From positions 4,404 to 68,403 of IMG/VR virus record IMGVR_UViG_3300012665_000259: a stretch of DNA of 64,000 bases, one strand, 5' to 3'. Shown one piece after another: positions 1 to 7,587 of this stretch. This DNA is from a virus (lineage: Duplodnaviria > Caudoviricetes). The stretch's first letter is position 1, and each line of letters opens with the position of its first letter. The notes beneath the pieces were generated by a model, which worked only from the letters and a program-made list of their open reading frames with translations, ran no database searches and was not told the origin of the DNA. Position numbers and translations under genes: made by a program.

Positions 1-2
1 GA

Positions 3-1151
3 CATCATCTTACGAGCTTCGTCACCTACAGAACTTCTGTCTAACTTAACTTGACTTAGATACTGTTCAGACTTTTGATATGCGGCAATGTCTGCTTTAG
101 CTCGTTCCATTGCGGCATTGGCAGCATCTTTCTGTGCTTGAGTAGTTGCATTCTTCTGCGCTAAAACTGCTTGTTCAAATGCGCGACCTGCTGGACCAAG
201 TGCTGCCATACGGTCAGAACCTTCTTTAGTTCTAACACCGCCTGTAAAAATTTCATCAGCTAACTTGCTTACACTGTCGCCTAGTGGTCCTAATTTTGTT
301 TTTAGTAAGTCATATCGATTAGTTGCATCTTTATCCATGCCCATTAGTTCGGCTTGAACCATGACATTTTCTTTGTCTTTGGCTAACTTAGCCATTTGTT
401 CTTGGCGACTTACACCGGTTAGTCTTGCAACTTCATTCATCTCGCCAGATAACGCAATAGTGTTATCTAACATATTTTGTCTAGCGGCTTTATCGTTTAA
501 ATCAAGACCTCTACGCTCTTTCATAGAAATCATTGCAAGTTCTGCAACTTCTTGTTGCGTAGTACCTGCCGCTTTCATCATTTCAATAGCTGGTGTTTCT
601 TGTAAGTCTCTAGAGAATCCCAACACATTCTCTATTGCCTTATTCATAGTTGGACCCATGCCAGAATATGAAGATGCATTTTTACGCATCTCATCAGCAA
701 ATTGTTGCTGACTTGCTCCTGAATCTACAACTGCTTTATTAGCTTTACCTAAATCACCTGCAAAGTCAACACCAACTTTAGCAGTTTCTCGCATTCGATC
801 ATTTGCATCTAATACTGCGCCACTCATTTTACCAAATACAGTACCTAGTCCCGGAGCAACTGATCCTAATACGTTGCCAAAACTAGTCAGTGCATCTCTA
901 GCTGTATATGCGCCGGTGCCTAATGATCCAACTGCACCGGCTGCTTCTTGAGCGGCTGTTCCTAATACGTCAATACCACCAGTTATTATACTTCCTAATC
1001 CAGTAGCAATACCACCTCCACCTCCTCCTGATGAGGGTTTAGGCGTAAAATTGCCACCAGGGCTTCCACCGTTCTTCATAAGATTGGCTATATGAGTGCC
1101 CTGATCTCTAAGAAGATCACGCATCTGGTCGTATGTGACTGGATCTGCCAT
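3..1151 (-). CDS. Tape-measure-like tail protein, 5' part (runs off the left edge)
   Basis: Not in the ORF track. Manual translation from ATG at 1151 (MADPVTYDQMRDLL...) showed no stop in the portion read codon by codon. It is Ala/Gly/Met/Gln-rich and helical-looking, lies next to tail genes, and has a GATAAATA box upstream (1194-1201). Confidence 0.65.
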   Translation of the reverse strand, partial: MADPVTYDQMRDLLRDQGTHIANLMKNGGSPGGNFTPKPSSGGGGGGIATGLGSIITGGIDVLGTAAQEAAGAVGSLGTGAYTARDALTSFGNVLGSVAPGLGTVFGKMSGAVLDANDRMRETAKVGVDFAGDLGKANKAVVDSGASQQQFADEMRKNASSYSGMGPTMNKAIENVLGFSRDLQETPAIEMMKAAGTTQQEVAELAMISMKERRGLDLNDKAARQNMLDNTIALSGEMNEVARLTGVSRQEQMAKLAKDKENVMVQAELMGMDKDATNRYDLLKTKLGPLGDSVSKLADEIFTGGVRTKEGSDRMAALGPAGRAFEQAVLAQKNATTQAQKDAANAAMERAKADIAAYQKSEQYLSQVKLDRSSVGDEARKMM

Positions 1152-1176
1152 AATAAAAATCCCTAAAATGTGCGTA

Positions 1177-1201
1177 TATAAATACGTATAATATATTTAT
1201 C
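1177..1201. promoter_or_regulatory. Back-to-back T4-type late promoters (TATAAATA on + at 1177-1184; GATAAATA on - at 1194-1201)
   Basis: Matches to the T4 gp55 late consensus in the short divergent intergenic gap. Confidence 0.7.
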
Positions 1202-1212
1202 TGGAGTTAAAC

Positions 1213-2040
1213 ATGAGCATAAATCCGTTACAGAAGTACTTTAGACAACCTAAAATTTTTATAAGTTTGCCTTCTAAAGGCATTTACAACTTACCAGGTG
1301 TCATTCAAGGCGATGTATCAAACTTGCCCGTTTACGGCATGACAGGCATGGACGAAATTATTATGAAGACTCCTGATGCGCTGTTAACGGGCGACAGCGT
1401 AGTTAAAGTAATCGAGTCGTGCTGTCCCGCAATTAAAGATGCATGGCAACTATCAAATCTTGATACTGACCTAGTGTTATCTGCAATTAGAGTTGCAACA
1501 TTTGGTAATCAAATGGGTGTAACTAATGTATGTTCAGCATGTGATCACGAAAATACATATGATGTCGAAATTGGTCAAATTATTGAACACTTTAGTAAAT
1601 GTGTATACGAAAATAAAGTCATTATTGATAACCTAATTGTTAAATTGCAACCGTTAACTTATAAACAAGTAAGCGAGTTTGCATTAAAGAATTACGAAAT
1701 GCAGAAAACATTACAGAAATCTATGGAACTACCAGATGAGCTAGACCGTCAAAAAGTAGTCGGTGATCTTTATAAGAAATTAGGACTACTACGTAATGAA
1801 ATTTTTGCAGCCGGTATTGATGCTATTGATACACCCGAGGGAGCAGTTAGCGATCGAGTGTTTATTATTGATTGGTTAAACAATGCCGACAAATCAACTT
1901 TTGACAGTATTAAACGAGTTATTGACCAAAATACAGATGCGTGGAAATCACCAGTAATGACTGTAGCTTGCGAAGAGTGCGGTGCTGAAAATTCAATTAG
2001 AGTTGAAATGGATCAATCAAATTTTTTCGCCAACGCCTGA
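1213..2040 (+). CDS. Baseplate hub / tail assembly chaperone, T4 gp26/gp51-like
   Basis: NPLQKYFRQPK start, two CxxC motifs (CSAC, CEEC), ends ...DQSNFFANA, adjacent to the tape-measure-like gene. Confidence 0.7.
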   Translation: MSINPLQKYFRQPKIFISLPSKGIYNLPGVIQGDVSNLPVYGMTGMDEIIMKTPDALLTGDSVVKVIESCCPAIKDAWQLSNLDTDLVLSAIRVATFGNQMGVTNVCSACDHENTYDVEIGQIIEHFSKCVYENKVIIDNLIVKLQPLTYKQVSEFALKNYEMQKTLQKSMELPDELDRQKVVGDLYKKLGLLRNEIFAAGIDAIDTPEGAVSDRVFIIDWLNNADKSTFDSIKRVIDQNTDAWKSPVMTVACEECGAENSIRVEMDQSNFFANA

Positions 2041-2261
2041 TTAGGTACTCTGACGAAGAAATTTCTGAATATCTCGTCAGGCTAGACAACGAAAACAAAC
2101 AATTTAAAAAAGACTTGTTCAAAACAAGTTGGTACATGCGAGGCGGAGTAAGTATGGAAGACTTACTGCATGTCTATTCGTTCGAAGATCGAGATATGCT
2201 CAACGCAATTATCAAAGAAAACGTTGAAGCAACTATTGAATCAAGAATGCCGTTGCTTTAA
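2025..2261 (+). CDS. gp51-like C-terminal segment in the -1 frame (probable frameshift extension of 1213..2040)
   Basis: This frame is open from 2007 to TAA at 2259-2261 (...LIRYSDEEISEYLVRLDNENKQFKKDLFKTSWYMRGGVSMEDLLHVYSFEDRDMLNAIIKENVEATIESRMPLL*). The first ATG is only at 2136. A slippery A AAT TTT TTC lies at 2019-2028. Confidence 0.65.
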   Translation, partial: FRQRLIRYSDEEISEYLVRLDNENKQFKKDLFKTSWYMRGGVSMEDLLHVYSFEDRDMLNAIIKENVEATIESRMPLL

Positions 2262-2587
2262 TAGTAAACTAAATTACCACGTTTGTTACGGATCATACCT
2301 GGTGGAGTGTAACGATCAGGATAATCTTTGCTGTAGTCCTGCTGAGGCATGCCTTCTTTGTCATCTTTCTTTTCAGGAGGAGTTGAAGTTCCGCCAATAT
2401 CTTTCTTTGGATCAGGTTTAGCAGGTTGTGCGCCACCTTCTTTTTCACCGTGAATATTTTTAATCTTTTTATTAGGATATTCTTTCTTCACAGCTTCTTC
2501 AATCATAGCAGGTGTTGAGCTATCTGGTACACCGGTATATACCTTTTGAGTATCATCGTCAAAAGTAATAGTTACTTTACGAGTCAT
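2258..2587 (-). CDS. Hypothetical Lys/Pro-rich protein
   Basis: ORF track 2258..2599; the ATG at 2587, just after the upstream TAA, is the more likely start. Confidence 0.6.
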   Translation of the reverse strand: MTRKVTITFDDDTQKVYTGVPDSSTPAMIEEAVKKEYPNKKIKNIHGEKEGGAQPAKPDPKKDIGGTSTPPEKKDDKEGMPQQDYSKDYPDRYTPPGMIRNKRGNLVYY

Positions 2588-2589
2588 GA

Positions 2590-3606
2590 TTATTTCCAAT
2601 CACCGGATACTGTTGCGCCACTAGGTGTATTACCTACTACTGCCGGTTGAGCTTGTTGGCCAGATTGTGCAGGTCTTTCGGATTGCGCAGTAGTGCTACT
2701 AGATGCACCAGGTTGTAATATGCTTTCAAATTTTGACACAAATTCAGCAGATTTTTCTGCTAGCTCAAATATGCCTTCTACTCCTTTACCGATCGCTGTT
2801 CCGCCGGCACTAGTAAGCCAGTAAGCAAATAACGCACCGCCAGCGGGCGAATTGATAAGATGGTATAAGGCTGCTAACGCCGCTGGCGTAGCTGTTTTAA
2901 TTAAATTAGTAAATGTTGCTGCCCATGGTCCGGTTTTTTCTAGTTTACTAATTAACGCCGCTTTCCAACCTACTTCAATACCTTTCATCGCTAGTTTACC
3001 TGTAGTGTATACACCAAGTGTTGGTAATATTACAGCAAGTTTGCCTATCATGATAATAAATTCTTGACGTGCTAGTTTTTCAAATTCTTTGTCAGACATT
3101 TCGCCGTTTTTTGCTTGCTCTGCGGCTTCTTCTAATATAGAGTTGTATTCTATCCACGGCTGGGTAGCTCCATACAACATATAGACTCTAGTGAGCCACT
3201 TACCAGTTTGTGCCGCCCAGTTAGTATATTTGCCTACAGTATTAGAGACATTTTTAACACCTTGAATAACATCTTTTAAAAGACCTTTATTTTCTGCTTC
3301 TACATAAATCTTTCTAGCTGCCATATATCCTTCTTTTTTTACAGCTTCGTCGGCAGCTAATGCTACATCTAATTTGGCATCAGCTAAGATTTTTTCAATT
3401 TGATCGGGTTTAAATGATATTACTTTTCCAGGAGCTTTTGTGTTCTCCATCATTTCTTTAGCCCATACTCTAGCCAATTCTTCGGCAGCTTTTGTACGAG
3501 GACCTCTTCCTAAAGTCCAAGCCATTCCTTTCAACATAGTGTTGATAAATTCAGCAACAACTGGATTTCCAAGTCGTGATTCGCTAATAATGTCGTATAT
3601 TTTCAT
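2590..3606 (-). CDS. Putative internal head / ejected virion protein
   Basis: N-terminus MKIYDIISE resembles the T4 capsid-targeting sequence; late ATAAATA box at 3628-3634; hydrophobic helices mid-protein. Confidence 0.5.
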   Translation of the reverse strand: MKIYDIISESRLGNPVVAEFINTMLKGMAWTLGRGPRTKAAEELARVWAKEMMENTKAPGKVISFKPDQIEKILADAKLDVALAADEAVKKEGYMAARKIYVEAENKGLLKDVIQGVKNVSNTVGKYTNWAAQTGKWLTRVYMLYGATQPWIEYNSILEEAAEQAKNGEMSDKEFEKLARQEFIIMIGKLAVILPTLGVYTTGKLAMKGIEVGWKAALISKLEKTGPWAATFTNLIKTATPAALAALYHLINSPAGGALFAYWLTSAGGTAIGKGVEGIFELAEKSAEFVSKFESILQPGASSSTTAQSERPAQSGQQAQPAVVGNTPSGATVSGDWK

Positions 3607-3637
3607 AATATCTATTCCCAGTGTTCTTATTTATTCA

Positions 3638-4121
3638 AGATGAACTACGTTCATCTGTGTTTATCGCTTGCGCTCAAACACATATTGTTTTATTTTAATT
3701 ATTATTAAGTGCGAAGCACTTTAAATATTATCTAGATTCGTCAGTCACAATTGCCCGTTTGCACGGGCAAAAAAAGTAAAACACATTATCTGAGTTCTTA
3801 CAGTCACTAGCGTTATAGCATTACCGAGGCGGTCGTCCTGTACCTCTAGCTACGTTCTTGTCCTTTTACGGAAACGGCGGCGGTTTATATAATATACGCT
3901 AACATACTATATAAACGCGGGGGTATTTCTCCCCTCATTGAGCTCTATTAAAATTATTTTCAAACAATCAAGCCGCGGCAAATTGCGACCTACATCCTTT
4001 CGGGTAGTGATTGAGTGCTTGCTTACAGCGGCAAGTCTACGGATCCCTGCGACACGATGTCCAGGTTTCTTCTGTTCGGCACCCGATTTTAGCCGGTGCG
4101 AGCCCTAACTGTATGATTAGC
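3638..4121 (-). ncRNA. Candidate large structured non-coding RNA (unassigned family)
   Basis: About 480 nt with no ORF in an otherwise wall-to-wall coding genome. It is densely covered by hairpins whose GNRA loops (GAAA, GCAA twice) read correctly only on the minus strand. Confidence 0.5.
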
Positions 4122-4547
4122 CTAAGATTTTAATATATGTGAGCCATGTACACGAACTTGAATATGTCCGTTATAATAGTCGTCTGATTCTAATACTTTG
4201 CGGGAAAATTGTTCTCTGGCCTCGATGTAAGAGCATTGCGCCTTGGAGTTGCAGTAATATAGGATTTCTCTTGTGAAGTTTTCTGTGCCTAGTGAGTCTA
4301 TGTCTTTTTGAAGATTAGGACTACTTCCGTAGTACTCACGCCAATCGCTATCGATCTTACTGCGTATCTTCTTTTTCTTCTTTGTGCCATTCTTTAATTT
4401 CACAGTTTTATATGTGGTCTTTGAGAATTTGGCGAGTTTTTTGCCTATGTATTTCCTGCCAGAGATGACATTTGTTATCAAGTATACGAAGCCGATACAT
4501 TCCTCGGGAAGTGTTTCAACTAAATTACCTTGATAAGTCCATGACAT
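4122..4547 (-). CDS. Small GIY-YIG-superfamily (Seg-like) endonuclease
   Basis: GFVY-x10-YIG motif (GFVYLITNVISGRKYIGKK) and a downstream Glu (YIEAREQ); catalytic domain only, 141 aa. Confidence 0.75.
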   Translation of the reverse strand: MSWTYQGNLVETLPEECIGFVYLITNVISGRKYIGKKLAKFSKTTYKTVKLKNGTKKKKKIRSKIDSDWREYYGSSPNLQKDIDSLGTENFTREILYYCNSKAQCSYIEAREQFSRKVLESDDYYNGHIQVRVHGSHILKS

Positions 4548-4550
4548 GCT

Positions 4551-4802
4551 TTAGTTAGCACTATCATCCTGCGAGCCTGATTGTTTTTGAGCCTTTTTAG
4601 CTTTGGTTTTTTCGTTTAAATCGTAACGCCATTCCATAATATTGTAACGTCGTTGTTTAGCAATACGCCTAATTTCACTGAGCCAGAATCGTGCGTTTTG
4701 ACCAGCCCGTCTTGTACCTTTATTGATCCAGTCTTGGTTGGCTTTAAAATATTCTCTAAAGGCACGCATGAGTTCATCATGCGTATCTTCTTCTCTTATC
4801 AC
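4551..4802 (-). CDS. Hc1/histone-H1-like small basic DNA-binding protein
   Basis: KGTRRAGQNARFWLSEIRRIAKQRR resembles the Hc1 N-terminal helical motif; Lys-rich tail. Confidence 0.5.
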   Translation of the reverse strand: MIREEDTHDELMRAFREYFKANQDWINKGTRRAGQNARFWLSEIRRIAKQRRYNIMEWRYDLNEKTKAKKAQKQSGSQDDSAN

Positions 4803-6577
4803 TCAGTAATCTCCAAATCATTTGCGTAGCTGGTAAATCCGTTTTCTTTAATAACTTTAAGTACGTTATTCACACGCCCGATCAATTCATCTTTATGACT
4901 GATCAAATAAATGTTCTTCTTGCGTTCACGTGCCATTTTCTTTAGTACACCCAAAGCATTTTCTACACCCGATGCATCTAGTCCGTTGTCAATCAATTCG
5001 TCAATAAACAACAAGTTGATATTCTGATACAAGGATTCCCACACATCACGGAACGCCCAACTCAAGCCAAGAATCAAACGATTACGTTCACCACGAGATA
5101 AGTTGTCAAAGTCTAGATCTTGCCCTAACTGTGTAATTTCTACAGTAAGATCGTTCTGGAACATGACTGTATGCGGCAAGCCCATCTTGTCGAGATAGTA
5201 GGTCAAGCGGTTATTCAAATAGGCCAAGTTTTGATCAATAATCTTCTTACGAATAAAGCTGTCTTTACTGGTCAATAACTTTAACAAGAACTCTTGATGG
5301 TCTTTGAGTACAGTAAGTTCGTTTACACGATCCCATGTAATCTCCTGCATGGCAGTATGATGTAATTCATCAATTTGCTCTTGATAAGGATCTACTTCAC
5401 CTGCTTTGATTGTAAGGTTAGTTTCTAATGTTTTTAGATTATTCTGATGTTTAAGTGCTTGCTCAACTGTGTCATAATATGTTTCTGGTCGAGTAGTTTG
5501 CTCACCAATAGCAGTAATTTCTCGTGTAATCTTAGCAAGGTCTTTGGCCACCTTGTCTGCATACTTTTGTGCTTCATCTAAATGCTTATTAGCAGTAGCA
5601 GACATTTCTTCATGTTTGTGATCATGCAGATCCTGTTCACAAGCGTGACATTTTTTACCTGCTAAGGCGGCAAGCTCGCTAGCGTATTTTTTTACGCTTC
5701 GCTCCGCTTGCGCTGTCGCGCTTTCTAATGTTGCTCGTTCTTTGTTGAGGCTCTTTAGACGAGCAGCCTGCTCTGTATAAACTTTTAGTTGAGCGTGTGC
5801 TTCTAACTCTTGTTCAATATCTACATTTTCAAGTTCAATAATAGCACGACCGATCTTTTCTAAATCGCTGTCGTGCTGGCTATTCCATGCAGTTTGCCTA
5901 GTGACTAAACTGTCAATACTAACCTGAATTTTTTCGTTGCTTTTTCTAGCCGCTTCAATGTTTGCAGTTTCTTGATATATGTCATCTTTTGTAGATTTTA
6001 CAAGCTCTTTAAGTGCTTCTGCCTTTTCACTTAGTAGAGTAATACCTAAAAGCTGTTCAATGATAATCCGCTGTTCGTTAGCTTTCATTGACAAAAACGG
6101 CTCTGAATAAGTGTTAAGCGCAACAATGTTTTTAAACATGTCGTGACTCATACCTAATAGGTCGTCAAGGTCTTTTTGTGTTTCTCTAATGTCGCCCTGG
6201 CTATCGTCAGTTTCGTCAGCGGATAGTTCTTCGTCGTTTGCAAAGAACTTTAGGATGTTGGGTTTACGTCCTCTTTCAACACGATAGTCTAATCCGTCTT
6301 TTTCAAACGTGAGCGTGACTAACATATTTTTATTATTGATCTTGTTGATCAAATTATCTTTTTTAATGTTAGTAAGCGCAGTACCGTAAAGTGCATAGCT
6401 TAACGCATTAATGATAGTAGTTTTACCCGTACCATTACGACTACCGCTATCATCGCCGCCCTGATCTAAGTTTTCACCTAACACAAGGGTTAGTTGTTCT
6501 CTTCCAAAGTCAACAGCCTGGGTTTGATTACCCACACTCATAAAATTCTTTACAGTTAAATCTTTAATCTTTATCAT
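4799..6577 (-). CDS. gp46: Rad50/SbcC-like recombination ATPase (T4 gp46)
   Basis: Walker A GTGKTT, zinc hook CHAC, signature LSRGE, Walker B LFIDE, H-loop ISH, coiled coil. Confidence 0.93.
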   Translation of the reverse strand: MIKIKDLTVKNFMSVGNQTQAVDFGREQLTLVLGENLDQGGDDSGSRNGTGKTTIINALSYALYGTALTNIKKDNLINKINNKNMLVTLTFEKDGLDYRVERGRKPNILKFFANDEELSADETDDSQGDIRETQKDLDDLLGMSHDMFKNIVALNTYSEPFLSMKANEQRIIIEQLLGITLLSEKAEALKELVKSTKDDIYQETANIEAARKSNEKIQVSIDSLVTRQTAWNSQHDSDLEKIGRAIIELENVDIEQELEAHAQLKVYTEQAARLKSLNKERATLESATAQAERSVKKYASELAALAGKKCHACEQDLHDHKHEEMSATANKHLDEAQKYADKVAKDLAKITREITAIGEQTTRPETYYDTVEQALKHQNNLKTLETNLTIKAGEVDPYQEQIDELHHTAMQEITWDRVNELTVLKDHQEFLLKLLTSKDSFIRKKIIDQNLAYLNNRLTYYLDKMGLPHTVMFQNDLTVEITQLGQDLDFDNLSRGERNRLILGLSWAFRDVWESLYQNINLLFIDELIDNGLDASGVENALGVLKKMARERKKNIYLISHKDELIGRVNNVLKVIKENGFTSYANDLEITE

Positions 6578-7587
6578 AGGCTATTGTAAATTTCCAACAA
6601 CTTGTTTTTGTCAAATTGATCACTTTCAATGTTTACAATTTGACTAGACACAATTTGATCTACACTCTCGAACGCTTGTACATCGATGTTGGTATTAATT
6701 TCAACATCTTTCTTTTCAGTAATCAAAGTAAGTTCACGAATGCTGTAATCCGCAATAAACTTTTCTTTAATAAAACTAGCTTCTTCATATGTAATATCAA
6801 TGTCCAAGCTGACTCGTAAGTGTTGCTTAGGTTTAATTATAACATCTGCTTCATCGATTAGCTGGCTCAGTTTCACCGTTCTAAACGTAGGTTGATCGGG
6901 CCAAGCATGATATTCTGGCTTACCGCCCCACTCTAAAATCATCATGCCACGTTCATCGTCCCATGCATCTGCATAGTTGTGCGGAAATGCATTACCAATA
7001 TAAATCATATTTTGACGTTGCTGACGTTTGTGGAAATGTCCGCTAAATCCTAGTTCATAGCTTTGAAAACTGTCTAATTGGATTTCACCGTGGTCTGGCA
7101 TTTGCACCATAGCGTTCATAAAGAAGCTAGGTAATTCAAAGTGTCCAAAGATGTACTTGCCGCCTTTTTTGCCTATGGTTTTCCATTCGTCCCCAACGAG
7201 CCAAGGACATAAAGTAACGTCACCAATAGTAGTGGGCTCGTGTACCACAGTGATGCCAGGAATATACTTTCCGAATTCAACGCTGTGGATGTCCCGCTTA
7301 TCTTTGTAGTAAAGATCATGATTACCAGGAAAGAAATAAAACTTATCGAAAGCCTGTCCCAGTTTCTCAAGGGCTCTAAGGCTATAGTCCATAGTAGTAA
7401 TATTAAGACTGTTGCGATTGTGATGCCAATCGCCCATAAAAATTCCAGTGTCACAACCTTCCTCCTTTGCTTTTGCAATATACCAATCTACAAAATCTTC
7501 ACAGTCTTGATTATGTACTGAACTATTAGATTTTAAGCCAAAGTGGATGTCTGTGAAACACGCAACTTTTTTAAACAAATTTGTCAT
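6574..7587 (-). CDS. gp47: Mre11/SbcD-like nuclease (T4 gp47)
   Basis: Metallophosphoesterase motifs DIH, GDWHH, GNHD, GHF, GHFH; 4-nt overlap with gp46. Confidence 0.93.
   Translation of the reverse strand: MTNLFKKVACFTDIHFGLKSNSSVHNQDCEDFVDWYIAKAKEEGCDTGIFMGDWHHNRNSLNITTMDYSLRALEKLGQAFDKFYFFPGNHDLYYKDKRDIHSVEFGKYIPGITVVHEPTTIGDVTLCPWLVGDEWKTIGKKGGKYIFGHFELPSFFMNAMVQMPDHGEIQLDSFQSYELGFSGHFHKRQQRQNMIYIGNAFPHNYADAWDDERGMMILEWGGKPEYHAWPDQPTFRTVKLSQLIDEADVIIKPKQHLRVSLDIDITYEEASFIKEKFIADYSIRELTLITEKKDVEINTNIDVQAFESVDQIVSSQIVNIESDQFDKNKLLEIYNSL

Noticed and set aside
361-711. Plus-strand ORF and the many other short antisense or nested ORFs in the track (e.g. 7173..7478, 33771..34328, 51799..52407)
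   Set aside because: They are shadows of long, motif-bearing genes on the opposite strand or in another frame, with no SD or family motifs.
2170-2421. 83-aa plus-strand ORF in the track
   Set aside because: It overlaps the better-supported -1-frame segment and a minus-strand gene, and its composition is not protein-like.
3751-3777. Intrinsic terminator
   Set aside because: The U-run lies 5' of the hairpin on the transcribed (minus) strand, and an A-run follows it on the plus strand, so the geometry is wrong both ways.
4040-4080. RNase P RNA (AACAGAA / GAAGAAACC resemblance)
   Set aside because: The motifs are in the wrong order, and there is no GAGGAAAGUCC P4 element.
3638-4547. Group I intron carrying the GIY-YIG ORF
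   Set aside because: There is no interrupted host gene, no room for a 5' intron part (the ORF starts 3 nt after the upstream stop), and no recognisable P7 / R-S core.
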